Shown here one piece after another: positions 38,389-48,954 of a DNA stretch of 64,000 nt. Numbering within the stretch: position 1 is the first letter of the stretch; each line of letters opens with the position of its first letter. This stretch comes from Candidatus Latescibacterota bacterium (GTDB lineage: Bacteria; Latescibacterota; UBA2968; UBA8231), in contig OZ241867.1 in NCBI GenBank assembly GCA_965203175.1, positions 1,824,001 through 1,888,000 of the forward strand, in the 5' to 3' direction. A model generated the notes under the pieces. That model did no database searches. It had not been told where the DNA came from and saw only the letters and a program-made list of their open reading frames with translations. The translations under genes were made by a program, and so were the position numbers.

Positions 38389-40097
38389 CTACCACAATAC
38401 AACAAAGAGTAATATGCTCGCCACTACTAAATAAACTCCGATCCACAGCCCAGGGCGCAAGTACCAGCGCGGACCGTCCACTCCTACGGCAAAGGGGTAC
38501 TCCGGTCGGATCGGAGCTTCCGCTAGCGTCTTTTGCAGCCAAGTGCCCTCTAAGGCGGCGAGCCGCTGGCCCATGTGCTGCCGCAGGGAAGCGGGGTCTT
38601 CGCGGCGGGCGTACACCAAGCCGCGCAATTCTTCGTCGCGCACTGGGCCGCGCCGCCAGTCGATCACCTTTGAGGCGATGAGCATACTCAGCGCGGGTAG
38701 CACCAAGTTCCACAAGTAAGTCCACCAAGTATTCTGGTACCACACCGGCAGCGCCCAATCGTTGAAATCGGCCAAAATCGCCGACATCCCATAGCCCAAC
38801 CCCACCAGCAAACCGACGATCCCCGTTTGGCGATGCACCCGCGTGAAAACGCCCATCAACATCACCGTCATCAGCGGCACGGCAATGGCCCCAGCCAGCC
38901 GCAGGTAGAACAGCAACATGCCCTTTTCGCCCAAAAAAGGCACGTACACAAAGCCCAGCGCCAAAATGATCGGCACCGATATCCGGCCCACCTTGGTGTA
39001 GTGCGCGTCCGTGCCGTTTTTGACGATGAAGCGCGCGTACACGTCGCGCACAAAAAGCGAGGAAATGCCAATACCGATAGAATCAAAAGTCGAATACCCA
39101 GCCGCTACCAAGCCAGCGACCACCAAGCCGACCAATCCGCCGGCAGGTATGCCTCAATCATCAGCGGATAGGCCCTGTCAACGATCTCCAAACCGGGAAA
39201 TTGCGCCCGCGCCATCGGCCCCAAACTGACGTTGAAAAACAGACAGATCGCCGTGGCGATGCTGGCCACCAACACCGCCATCTTGAAGTCCCACTCCGAG
39301 CGCGCGCCCAAGAAGCGAATGGCCTCGTACTGGTTGATAATCGCATACGTAGTCAACACCACCAAGAAGCCGAATATCACCACCAATGCGGGCACGCCAT
39401 CGGGCGAATAGCCCCCTACCTTCAGCAGCGCATCCGCCAGCCCTTCTTCGGCCGCCTCCAGCCGCGTCGCCACCCCCTCCCAACCGCCTAGACCCGAATA
39501 CGCGAATCCCCACAAGACGAACGAAGCCACGATCATCGTCGTGCTTTGCAGGGCATCAGTCAGGACACCGGCCCGCAGACCACCGCGCACGATGTAGAGC
39601 ACCGAGCTGATGGCCACGCCCACCACCACAAACCAACACGTCGTCGCCTCGATGTCGGCGACGATGTGCAACACCAAGTACATGGAAAAGAAAATGTTGC
39701 CCAGCACGTTGGTCCGCGACTGGACATTGATCAAGACCGCCAGCAGCCGCACGGATGGCCCGAAGCGGAACTCCAGCCATTCGGCGTTGGTAAAAACCCC
39801 CGAGCGGTACATCGGCACGATGACGAAGAAGCTGAGCACAGTCCAACCCACGGCAATGCCCAGCCACCACTGCGCCAACTGCGACAGCCCGAGGTTGTAG
39901 GACCCGCCGACAATGCCGACGTAATCGCCGCTATCAACGGCCGTGCCAAACGCCGACAGCCCGATCACCCACCAGGGCATGGACTTGGCCGCGAGGTACC
40001 AATCGAAGCTCTCGCCCTTGTTGCGGAAGGCAATCAGGCTATAGGCGACGATGCCGCCGTTGAGCACTACCACGACGGCCCAGTCTAAGGCGGTCAT
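38389..40097 (-). pseudogene. Sodium:solute symporter (SSS) split by a 1-bp frameshift near 39138
   Basis: ORFs 39105-40097 and 38389-39135 are consecutive halves; adding one G restores ...YLPAGLVGLVVAGLVAA... Confidence 0.85.
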
Positions 40098-40101
40098 CGC
40101 A

Positions 40102-41139
40102 TCACGGGGCTGGTAGGTGGTACCCGTCCTTGCCGACTGTTATCTTGGCCAAGATGCCGGGGTTTTCCGGCGGCGCGCCCCCTCCGTAGGTGACGTAGAG
40201 TGTCTTGCTCGCCTCGCCGCGGCCAAACGCCACATTGGTCGGAACCACGGGCGTGGGGATATAGCCCAGTTCCTCACCACTGGGCGCATACACGACAATG
40301 CCCGGGCGCGTCACGTCGCGCACCGCTACGTACAGGTTGCCCTCGACATCGACGACTAGGCCGTCCGGCCCGTCTTCGGGATAGTAATCGACGAGCACCT
40401 CGCGGAAGGTGGCCGTGCCGTCGGGATGCAGATCGTACGCCAACAGCGCCATCCGGCCCTTGTGCGCCGGCATGTCTAGCAATTGGAAGATCCCCGTATT
40501 GCCGTTGTCGTTGCTCACCACGTAGAGCGACTGCTGGTCCGGGGACACGCAGACGCCGTTGGGCTTGCCCGCGTCGGTGATGATCCGCTCAATGGTGCCG
40601 TCCGGGTCAATTCGGTACACCGCCATCACCGGCTGGTCGATCGGCTCGTGCCCCAAGTAGCGCGGGTCGCTGAAGTAGATGCGGCCCTTTTCGTCGATGG
40701 AAATGTCGTTGGGGGCGTTGAAGGGGTGGCCCTCATACAGCCCGGCGATGATCTCGGTCTTGCCGGTTGTAAGGTCGGTGCGCGTCACGCGCTGCCCCCC
40801 GAAATCCGCGCCTTCAGCAGCGATCAGCCGGCCCATCGCGTCGAACTTGAGGCCGTTGGACATGCCGCTGGGCGAGCGGAAGATCGAAGTATTGCCAGTC
40901 TTGGGATCGTAACGCCAGATGTGCCCGGCCTGCATCCCCGAGAGCTGAGAAAAGGTAATGTCACTGAAGTAAACCGAGCCATCGAAGGCCACGGCCGGCC
41001 CCTCGGAAAAGAACGCGCCGTCGAAGAGCACTTCGAGCTTGGCACCTGCGGGTATAATCGACGGATCGCCCGTCGGCTTTTGGGCGAAAGCAGTGCTGGC
41101 GACCAAGGCCAGCGCGATTGTGGCGAGACGTTGCATCAT
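40102..41139 (-). CDS. SMP-30/gluconolactonase family, secreted
   Basis: SEGP, YFSDI, SNGL, FNAPND, PNGVCVSPD, PDGLVVDVEGNLYV, PTNVAFG. Confidence 0.9.
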   Translation of the reverse strand: MMQRLATIALALVASTAFAQKPTGDPSIIPAGAKLEVLFDGAFFSEGPAVAFDGSVYFSDITFSQLSGMQAGHIWRYDPKTGNTSIFRSPSGMSNGLKFDAMGRLIAAEGADFGGQRVTRTDLTTGKTEIIAGLYEGHPFNAPNDISIDEKGRIYFSDPRYLGHEPIDQPVMAVYRIDPDGTIERIITDAGKPNGVCVSPDQQSLYVVSNDNGNTGIFQLLDMPAHKGRMALLAYDLHPDGTATFREVLVDYYPEDGPDGLVVDVEGNLYVAVRDVTRPGIVVYAPSGEELGYIPTPVVPTNVAFGRGEASKTLYVTYGGGAPPENPGILAKITVGKDGYHLPAP

Positions 41140-41234
41140 GGTATCTCTCCTTGGATTATGTGAAAGCTAAAAACCGAATTGGTTACTGACGCTACTTACT
41201 GTCCTTCCCGTGCGCCAGGTGCTGGCACGGTTCC

Positions 41235-41261
41235 TGTCATGCTGAGCGTAGCGAAGCATCC
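41235..41261 (+). repeat. Single copy of a REP-like interspersed element
   Basis: tgtcatgctgagcgtagcgaagcatcc resembles the widespread GTCATGCTGAGC.nAGCGAAGCATC intergenic repeat (recognised from memory); an adjacent hairpin ccgtgc..gcacgg lies just upstream. Confidence 0.55.
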
Positions 41262-41279
41262 CATACCTAGGCAGTTCAG

Positions 41280-42806
41280 TCAGGAAAACACTGCATCGTA
41301 CAGCCGCCGGACGCCTTGGCAATGCCCCTCCAAGACGGCCTCTAGCGGTTCGTCTAGTTCCAGCAGTTCGGCTAGGATTTGGCGGTCCTCCTCCTCTTCG
41401 GGCACCGCGTACACCGGCTGGGCCTCCTGAATTTGCAGCAAGTTTTCTAGCTGCCGCAAAAAGCGGTAGGCCTCCTTTAGGGTCTGGGCGTCCGCCGGCG
41501 CGAGCAGTCCGTCCCGGCGCAGGCGCTCAATCGCCGTCAGGGTATTGTGGGAGCGAATCTGGGGATGGGTATGGCCGTTGAGTAGCTGGAAGCACTGGAC
41601 GATGAATTCGATGTCGCGGATGCCCCCAGGCTGTAGCTTGATATTGTTGTCGCCGGCCCTACTCGCTATTTCGGCTTCGATGCGTTGCTTGACGCGGGCA
41701 ATCTCTTGGCGCGGGTCGTCCTTGAAATGGCCCGGAAAAACAAAAGGGACCAGCATCTGGCGAAAGCGCTGCCACACTTGGGTTGAACCAGCGGCGCGGC
41801 GGGCCTTAATCAGCATCTGGCGCTCCCACAACTCGCCCCGTTCCTCGTAATAACTCAAGTAGCTGGCCAAGGGTCGAACTAAGGCTCCATCAATTCCGTC
41901 GGGCCGCAGCCGCATGTCAACGCGATAAAAAAAGCCCTCCCCGGTCATCGCGGTCAACAACTGAATAAGCCGTTCGCCCAAGCGCCGAAAAAACTGGCCG
42001 TTATCTACTGAATAGCCGCCGCGCGGAGCGCGCGTTTCGCCTTCTTCGTCGTAGATGAACAACAAATCGACATCCGAGCTGTAGTTGAGCTCTTGGCCGC
42101 CGTACTTGCCCAAGCCCACCACGCAAAACTTGGCCGGCCGGCCGCACTCGTCCTGCGGTCGGCCCCAGCGCGGCAGCAACTCTTCCCAAGCCCACTTTAG
42201 AGCCTGATCTACGATCGCGTCGGCTAAGTCGGCCAATTCGCGGCCGACCTGCCGCACATCTTTCATTCCCAGCACTTGGGCCGCGCCCAACCGCAGCAAC
42301 TCGCGCCGCTGGAATCGGTACAAGTCCGCGAGGGGATCGTCACTATCCGTCTCTTGGATTAGGGCGCGGCGGAGGGCAGACAGGGCCAGCGGCTGGCTCA
42401 GGTGGGCCGTCTCAACCAGCAGCCAATAAAGGTGCTCCGGGTCGCGCATCAATGCATCGGTTAAAAAGCCGCTATAGCTCAAAATCTGCGCCAATTGCTG
42501 ACCCAAGATGGGAGTATCGTTGGTCCGGTGATGTAGCACCGTTATTCCGCCCGCTCTCTGCAAGAACCGCTCCAACCTCTGCAGCGCCTGATCGGGCTGG
42601 ACGGACCGGCTCACCGCCGCCAGCAGCGACACCGGGGGATCTAAGGCGTAAGCTGGCCCCGCCAAATCGACCAACAGGTCCAGCCGCCGCAGCGCTTGAT
42701 AGGGCTGGTCAAAGCCCAATTGCGCTAGGGTATGGCACGCCGGCCCACTCGCTTCTTCAAAGGCCCGATGGGCTAGACGCAGACTCTCTTGGAACGCAGG
42801 CATCAA
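41280..42806 (-). CDS. glnE: GlnE-type adenylyltransferase, single nucleotidyltransferase module
   Basis: GLGKYGGQELNYSSDVDLLF, YRVDMRLRPDG, WERQMLIKAR, IKLQPGGIRDIEF; about half the canonical length. Confidence 0.8.
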   Translation of the reverse strand: MMPAFQESLRLAHRAFEEASGPACHTLAQLGFDQPYQALRRLDLLVDLAGPAYALDPPVSLLAAVSRSVQPDQALQRLERFLQRAGGITVLHHRTNDTPILGQQLAQILSYSGFLTDALMRDPEHLYWLLVETAHLSQPLALSALRRALIQETDSDDPLADLYRFQRRELLRLGAAQVLGMKDVRQVGRELADLADAIVDQALKWAWEELLPRWGRPQDECGRPAKFCVVGLGKYGGQELNYSSDVDLLFIYDEEGETRAPRGGYSVDNGQFFRRLGERLIQLLTAMTGEGFFYRVDMRLRPDGIDGALVRPLASYLSYYEERGELWERQMLIKARRAAGSTQVWQRFRQMLVPFVFPGHFKDDPRQEIARVKQRIEAEIASRAGDNNIKLQPGGIRDIEFIVQCFQLLNGHTHPQIRSHNTLTAIERLRRDGLLAPADAQTLKEAYRFLRQLENLLQIQEAQPVYAVPEEEEDRQILAELLELDEPLEAVLEGHCQGVRRLYDAVFS

Positions 42807-42822
42807 GAGCCACCTCTAATGC

Positions 42823-44016
42823 TCACACCCTCGGCGGCCACGGCTCCAAACAGGCTCCGGTCGGCCGCGGCCCAGTCGGTCGCCAGCGGAACGCATCATA
42901 CGACTGGTACTCCAAATCCAGCCACGGCGTTTCCAGCCGCTTGTACCCCTCGTAGCGCGAGGTCAGCGCCGCTTCGAGGATGCCGCTGGTCAGCAGGGTG
43001 CGCTCGACCGGATACTGGGCCTCGCCGCTCAGGAACATCTCTTCGACGTTGAGCGACAGATAACTAAAATGCGCGTACGCCCCTTCCGGCCCGCCGTGCC
43101 CTTGGGCGTGGAACTCGCAGGCTTGCACCTGTCCGCCGACTCGCGCCGCGTACGCCAAGTCGTGGACGTAGCCGTTGAGCATCAGCACGGCCCCCCGCAA
43201 GCCGTCGCTGTATTCCACGACAAAAAGCGCTGGATTTTGGCAGTGCTCCTCCATCGTCCCCTCGGGCTTATCGACAATGGTCGCGCAGGCGGCCTCTGCT
43301 AAGTCCCGCGACCACAATCCCTCATCGGCGGCCCGCCACACAGCCTCCCCCTCCAAACAAGTCACTGCCGCCACTCCTGTCTCTCCACCCTGCCGTCGTT
43401 CGACCATACACTGGAGCACTTCAAGGGTGTGGAACCCGTAGATATCCAGCCCGGAAAACCCAATCGCCACCGCCTCCTCCACCGGGGCCTCCAACTCGTG
43501 CTCGACCCAAGGTTGCCGCCAACACACGGGCAGCGAAGACCCGCCCATAAACGCCGCTCTCACCACCTGCGCCCGTTGGTACATCCACAGCGCATCGGTC
43601 CAGCTATAGGACAAGTGCTTGTCGTTGAACACCGGCACCCCCCGCTTCGACGTCGCCATGACCCCGCAGATTTGCTCCATAAAGTAGCGGCGGGGATAGA
43701 GTTGCTGCTCCTTTTCGTTCCAGGCGTAGTCCCCGTGCTCGCCAATGGACAGTACCCCATCCACCGCTAACTCCCGTCCCCCCAGACACAGCGCCGCCGA
43801 GATGCTGTTATAAATCGGCACCCCGTGCTCCTGGGCCATCGCCCGTCCCATATCGTTCTCGGGAAACTGGTCGATGTACATAGACGCGATCTCGACCCTC
43901 GGTGCGCACAAACCCTCGTCCGTGGGAAAGCCCTTGAGGAACTTGGAGACGATCACGTCGGCGTGCGACCGAGGGCGGTATTCGGTGATGATCGCCGCGA
44001 TTTTCTTTTTGCTCAT
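42823..44016 (-). CDS. Conserved hypothetical protein, probable Gfo/Idh/MocA-like oxidoreductase fold
   Basis: SHADVI, LAVDGVLSIGEHGDY, PVFNDKHLS, YGFHTLE, YPVERTLLTSG. Confidence 0.6.
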   Translation of the reverse strand: MSKKKIAAIITEYRPRSHADVIVSKFLKGFPTDEGLCAPRVEIASMYIDQFPENDMGRAMAQEHGVPIYNSISAALCLGGRELAVDGVLSIGEHGDYAWNEKEQQLYPRRYFMEQICGVMATSKRGVPVFNDKHLSYSWTDALWMYQRAQVVRAAFMGGSSLPVCWRQPWVEHELEAPVEEAVAIGFSGLDIYGFHTLEVLQCMVERRQGGETGVAAVTCLEGEAVWRAADEGLWSRDLAEAACATIVDKPEGTMEEHCQNPALFVVEYSDGLRGAVLMLNGYVHDLAYAARVGGQVQACEFHAQGHGGPEGAYAHFSYLSLNVEEMFLSGEAQYPVERTLLTSGILEAALTSRYEGYKRLETPWLDLEYQSYDAFRWRPTGPRPTGACLEPWPPRV

Positions 44017-44025
44017 TTTATCCCA

Positions 44026-44988
44026 CTATTTGATCGCCGCCAACGCGGCAAACAACGCCTTGATGTACCCCACCGAGTACGCCAACCCCCGCGTCAGTGC
44101 CCCCTCGTCTCCCTCTAGCGCTGGTATGTGGTCAGGATTGATGCACCCATCGAAACCCACCCGGTCCAGTTCCAGCAAAATTTTGGCCATGTTCATGTCG
44201 CCGTCGTCGAGCAGGGTCTCTTCAAATCCCCCAGCCGTGGCCAAGCTCCCGCGCACATTGCGCAAATGCACCATGAAGATCCGGCCCTTGCGCCCGTAGT
44301 TGTGCACCTCGTCGAGCACTAAGGGCAAGCCACCGGCCTCGGCGCGGGTGCCGCAGCAATAGAGGTACCCAACTTGGCGGCTGGGAAAGGCGTCGATGAC
44401 CTTGTGAAAACCCAAGCCGCCCAGCGGCGTATCCGGCAGCGGCGAGTCCGACGGATGGATCGCCAGCTTGATGTCGCAGTCTTCGGCAATGGGCACCAAG
44501 CGCTCGTACACCGTGCAAAAGCGCGCCCACCAAGCATCGAGTTGTTCTAGCGAAGGCGGCCCCTCGTCGCTGTCGGCCAAGCTGCGGCTCTCGGCCCGGT
44601 AGTGATAGCCGCCGCGCCGCGGCGAGTTCCAGCGGTGGAGCATCCAGGGAAACACATCCCCGTGAAATCGCTGCCGCGCAATGGGCGCGCCGGCCTCGGC
44701 AAAGACCTCCAGCGCCGCGGCCGCGTTTTCCAACTCCTTTTCGCAACCATCCTCCCCGGACATGAACTTTTCGGTTATGTCCGGCAGGGTCACGCGGTTG
44801 AAGTCCAGCCCCCAAGAACGGATTTTTTTTCTTATTTTTATCACGGCGTCCAAGTCGGGATAGCCCTGCTCTTTGACCCCGGGGAAGTAATCGCCCGCGC
44901 CAAAGTCCAAGCAATCGACTCCGAGCTGGGTGACGTAGCGCAGGTACGATTCCGACAAATCGCCGTGCCAAACGGATATTTTGAACAT
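44026..44988 (-). CDS. uxuA: Mannonate dehydratase family
   Basis: LVPIAE..DIKLAIHPSDSP, GRIFMVHLRNVRG, FEETLLDDGD, PDHIP, AYSVGYIKAL. Confidence 0.8.
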   Translation of the reverse strand: MFKISVWHGDLSESYLRYVTQLGVDCLDFGAGDYFPGVKEQGYPDLDAVIKIRKKIRSWGLDFNRVTLPDITEKFMSGEDGCEKELENAAAALEVFAEAGAPIARQRFHGDVFPWMLHRWNSPRRGGYHYRAESRSLADSDEGPPSLEQLDAWWARFCTVYERLVPIAEDCDIKLAIHPSDSPLPDTPLGGLGFHKVIDAFPSRQVGYLYCCGTRAEAGGLPLVLDEVHNYGRKGRIFMVHLRNVRGSLATAGGFEETLLDDGDMNMAKILLELDRVGFDGCINPDHIPALEGDEGALTRGLAYSVGYIKALFAALAAIK

Positions 44989-45076
44989 CGCTCCTTCTCC
45001 TTTTGCGGGGGCACAAGATAGCCAAGTCCCCCCAATTCAACAAGCAGCATCGCTCTTGCCCATAGGACAATAAAAC

Positions 45077-45487
45077 ATGCCAGCACAACCTCCCGACTTC
45101 ACGCTCACCCTAGACGTCCGCGACTACGAATGCGACTTACAGGGCATTGTCAACAACGCGATCTACCAACACTACCTCGAACACGCCCGCCATCAGTACT
45201 TGCAAAGCCTCGGTCTCAGCTTTGCCCGCTTCCACGAACAGGGCCACGACTTGGTCCTCACCCGCGCAGAAATCGACTACAAGACCCCCCTCCGCAGCGG
45301 CGACCGCTTCACGATTGAGCTGCGCTTGGAGCGGGAGAGTCGCCTGCGCTTTTGCTTTGTTCAAGATATCTTCAGAGAAGCCGACGGCGCGCACGTGCTG
45401 CACGGACGCCTCATTGGCACCAGCCTCAACCGCGACGGGCAGCGCGGTTTTCCGCCTGAGATAGAGGAGCTGTTGGCGAGTCGCTAA
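45077..45487 (+). CDS. Acyl-CoA thioesterase (4HBT/YbgC family)
   Basis: VRDYECDLQGIVNNAIYQHYLEHAR. Confidence 0.9.
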   Translation: MPAQPPDFTLTLDVRDYECDLQGIVNNAIYQHYLEHARHQYLQSLGLSFARFHEQGHDLVLTRAEIDYKTPLRSGDRFTIELRLERESRLRFCFVQDIFREADGAHVLHGRLIGTSLNRDGQRGFPPEIEELLASR

Positions 45488-47607
45488 CGCGTCAACTCTA
45501 ATCCCGCTTCTCGCAGGTACCCCTCACACTCGTCCAGCGATTCGCCGACCAGCAGCACGGTAGCGAAAGAACGGGCCTGAGCCGGATCAGTCGTAAAAAG
45601 CACCCCACCGCTCAACTGCTTGCCGTCAGGCATCATCCGGGCTGGATGCTCAGCCTCTAGCGCAGCGGCACATTCAGCCAAGCCAGCAAACCCAGCCGCC
45701 GTTACCTCGCGTCGGCTAATCACCAACCACAGAGCCGTGCGCGCCGAATTAACTGCCTGTTGTAACTTGAGCGTCACCCGCCCCATCGTCGTGCGCGGAT
45801 TGATCTCTACAATCGGCTTTAGCCGCAAGCGGTCACGGTCGCGGTACACCATAGCATCCACGCCGACTGGCCCTTGATAACCAGCAGCGCGCAGCGGCTC
45901 GGCGAGCCATTCGGCGAGCTGTTCGCCCAACTTCGGCAAGCGGCGTGCATCGCGGCCATCGCCGTAGAGAAATCGCTTCACTTCCTCGTCGAGTCCAGCA
46001 GTAAGAGAGCCGACGAACGAACCGCGATACTGGCCGCGCCCGTCAGTGAGAAATCGCGTCCAGCCAGCCACCGTCACCCTACCCTCGGTTCCCACGTCAA
46101 AATGCAGTGACAGATCCACCACCTTGTCGAGCCACGGCTCTACTACGACTTGACCTTGCTGCCGCAAAATGTTCTCCAAGCGGCCGCGCTGCTCCGCACG
46201 CAGTTGTCCTCCACGGCAGTGGATTTGGCCGCGGCCCGAAGAGCCGTATATAGCCTTAACGACCACCGCGTCAAAACCCGCCTCCCCCAAGCACTCCATC
46301 TCCGCTAGGACTTGTTCTGTCGTCGAGCAAGCCGTGCCGACCACATCCATTCCGCAGAAATAGCCGGCCTCCTGCACCGCGAGAAACTCGCCCAACCTCG
46401 CCGCACTCCACGACTTGGCGTAGAGCGCCCGGATCGCCGCACTCCAGCAAGGCCCTTCTCCACCCCGAGGCAATCCCTCAACCAAAGGAGCGAGCAACTC
46501 GGCACTGTCTGGACTCCAACCCCAAGGTCTGAGCGCGTTGACCTTGCGCTCGGCAAGTGCTGCTAGGCCATTCGCGCTGCACTCGACGAACTCCGGAATC
46601 GCAAAGCCCAACCCCTGCATCCGCCGCAAAAAGCCCGGCGAAGGCTTCTCGCGCAAAAGCACCACATCGTCGCGGACGCACAGCAGCATGGGCAGCGCTT
46701 GGAAGTCCGCCTCCAACTCAGCCACTCGTCGCGGCGGCGTAAAACCCGACCGTCCCAACGCCACCTGCTCCTCGCAGTTGGCGTTGAACCAGTACACAAC
46801 CGGACAGCGTCCCCGCGACTGCGAGAACAACTCCAGCTCATCGATATAGTCCGCAGAAAGCCCCGCCTGGAGCCGACCCGCGCGATTGAAGCCAATGCCC
46901 TTGGCCCGCGCTGGCCCCAGCGGAAAGCGCAGCGCCTGGCGATAGGCTTCCCATTCGCTCAGCCCGGTCTCCTGCCAGCGCCTAAACCACGTCAACCCGT
47001 GTTTGACATGGCCGATTTCGTCGCGATAGATCCGCTCCAGAATCACCGCAGTCTCCGGGTCGTCCAATTGTCGATAAACTTGGGCGTAGTGCCGCGCGTA
47101 GTCGAGATTGGCTTGTTCGAGGGTCAGGCTCAAGCCCGTTACAAAGTCCATCGGGGTCTCCATCGGCCCGATGGCTTTCCAGAAAAAATCGCCGACCGGG
47201 ATCTCGCCAAAATGCACCCCAATTTCCCGCATCCGCTGTTGATAGAGCCGCACGTGCTCTTGCTCGTCGCTAAGCGTCTGCACTAAGCCACGGCGAAACT
47301 TCTCCGGGGCCTCCGGGAACTTGAGCAGCGCCAATGCCATCAGCTCCAAGGCGAGCAACTCGTGATTGGCAAAAAAGTGCAAAACCAGCCCGCGCTCTTT
47401 TTCGCTGTGGAAGTGGCGCACATCGCGGAAGCGGAGTTTTTCCCGGTGGTGCCACTCGTCCAGCCCCAAGCCGGGCGGACGGCCCGGAGCACTGGGAGTC
47501 GCAATCCCCGCACCGGGCGCGCGGTCCTCGTAGCGGTCGAGGACGACCAGCTTGTCTTCCCAGCGCGTGCCGAATAGCACCTGCTCGGCGAATTGGCGAA
47601 TTTCCAT
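45484..47607 (-). CDS. DUF455 ferritin-like (diiron) domain fused to a C-terminal ATP-grasp-like domain
   Basis: HFFANHELLALEL, DEQEH, EQANLD, DEIGHV; later VVKAIYGSSGRG, VVEPWL, GPVGVDAM, IVEINPRTTMG; likely start MEIRQ at 47607. Confidence 0.75.
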   Translation of the reverse strand: MEIRQFAEQVLFGTRWEDKLVVLDRYEDRAPGAGIATPSAPGRPPGLGLDEWHHREKLRFRDVRHFHSEKERGLVLHFFANHELLALELMALALLKFPEAPEKFRRGLVQTLSDEQEHVRLYQQRMREIGVHFGEIPVGDFFWKAIGPMETPMDFVTGLSLTLEQANLDYARHYAQVYRQLDDPETAVILERIYRDEIGHVKHGLTWFRRWQETGLSEWEAYRQALRFPLGPARAKGIGFNRAGRLQAGLSADYIDELELFSQSRGRCPVVYWFNANCEEQVALGRSGFTPPRRVAELEADFQALPMLLCVRDDVVLLREKPSPGFLRRMQGLGFAIPEFVECSANGLAALAERKVNALRPWGWSPDSAELLAPLVEGLPRGGEGPCWSAAIRALYAKSWSAARLGEFLAVQEAGYFCGMDVVGTACSTTEQVLAEMECLGEAGFDAVVVKAIYGSSGRGQIHCRGGQLRAEQRGRLENILRQQGQVVVEPWLDKVVDLSLHFDVGTEGRVTVAGWTRFLTDGRGQYRGSFVGSLTAGLDEEVKRFLYGDGRDARRLPKLGEQLAEWLAEPLRAAGYQGPVGVDAMVYRDRDRLRLKPIVEINPRTTMGRVTLKLQQAVNSARTALWLVISRREVTAAGFAGLAECAAALEAEHPARMMPDGKQLSGGVLFTTDPAQARSFATVLLVGESLDECEGYLREAGLELTR

Positions 47608-47695
47608 GCTGTCAATATAACGCATTCCCCACCTTGACACTTGGCTCGGCTCGCTATTATCTAGCCCACCCCACCACTTCCCAAAGGAGCCTCCA

Positions 47696-48946
47696 ATGCA
47701 AGTCCAATCCGTCGAACTCATCCACTTAGACGTCCCGTTCACCGACCACACCAATCAGCATATGAAGTACTGGCTGCCGCACTGGCGCATTGTCCAACTC
47801 TGCAAGATCACCCTCGCCGACGGCACCATCGGCTGGGGCGAGACCATTCCCAATTACACGTGGGCCAAAGTCCCTGAAGACATCGAAGACCGCATCGTCG
47901 ACCGCGCCGTCGGCGATCTGCTGTGGCAGGATGCGCTGGGGGCCGGAGTCCAGCAGGCGCTTTTCGACGCAGTGGGCAAGGTCCTAGGTGCCCCGGTTTA
48001 TCGCCTATTGGGCACCAAGGTCCGCACGTGGTGCCCGCTGTCGTGGTGGGCGATGGACATGCCGGCCGCAGATTGGGCGCGCCAGTGCGCCGACGCCGTC
48101 GCACAGGGCTATACCACCGCCAAACTCAAGGCGCGGACTTGGTACGACCTGCACGCCTGCATCCAAGCCATTATTGAGGCCGTCCCCCCGCAGTTCAAGC
48201 TCGACTTGGACTTCAACGGCACGCTCGCCAACGCCGCCAGTGCCGTCGAGTTTTTATCAACCTTGGAGCAATACTCGCAGGTGGCCATGATCGAGACGCC
48301 CATCCCCCAATCCGATGTGGCCGGCAACGCCCAAATCCGCAACCACATCCGCCGCCCGCTGGCCATGCACTACGGCTCACCACCCATTCTCACCACCCTG
48401 CAAGAAGACGTCGCCGACGGTTTTGTCGTCGGCGTTGGTGCCCACGGCATCGCGCAGCAATCCGCAGTCGCCGACGTGGCCAACAAACCCTTCTGGCTCC
48501 AGCTCGTCGGCACGGGCATCACCACCACGTGGGCTGCCCACTTGGGCGCGGTCTGCCCTCAGAGCAAGTGGCCGGCCATCACCTGCATGAACATCTGGGA
48601 GAGCCAACTATTGGCCGACCCCATCGAACTTCGTGGCGGCTACTACCGAGTCCCAGAACAACCCGGCCTCGGCATCGAGATTGACCTCCAAGCCATAGAG
48701 CAATATCGCGTGGATTACAGTTGGGTCGATCCGCCCCGCCACGTCTATCGCTACGCCCGCGCCAACGGCGAAGTCACCTATTACGGCTGCTCCAAGCAGG
48801 ACCTCCACAACGAATACCCCCGCGACGCCATGCCCGTCTGCGAAAGCGGGTCCGAATGCCTCCCCGTCGAAGACGACGGCAGCCGCGAGTTCGCCCAGAT
48901 TTACGAAGCCGTGCAGGATGGGGGGACGTTTAGAAGGATCGAGTAG
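47696..48946 (+). CDS. Enolase-superfamily (mandelate racemase-like) protein
   Basis: GWGET, ALFDAVGK, KLKAR, LDLDFN, IETPI, VPEQPGLGIEID; AAGGAG RBS. Confidence 0.85.
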   Translation: MQVQSVELIHLDVPFTDHTNQHMKYWLPHWRIVQLCKITLADGTIGWGETIPNYTWAKVPEDIEDRIVDRAVGDLLWQDALGAGVQQALFDAVGKVLGAPVYRLLGTKVRTWCPLSWWAMDMPAADWARQCADAVAQGYTTAKLKARTWYDLHACIQAIIEAVPPQFKLDLDFNGTLANAASAVEFLSTLEQYSQVAMIETPIPQSDVAGNAQIRNHIRRPLAMHYGSPPILTTLQEDVADGFVVGVGAHGIAQQSAVADVANKPFWLQLVGTGITTTWAAHLGAVCPQSKWPAITCMNIWESQLLADPIELRGGYYRVPEQPGLGIEIDLQAIEQYRVDYSWVDPPRHVYRYARANGEVTYYGCSKQDLHNEYPRDAMPVCESGSECLPVEDDGSREFAQIYEAVQDGGTFRRIE

Positions 48947-48954
48947 ACCAACCC

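Noticed and set aside
47634-47660. TTGACA...TATTAT promoter before the enolase gene
   Set aside because: Spacer is 15 bp, so not confidently a sigma70 promoter
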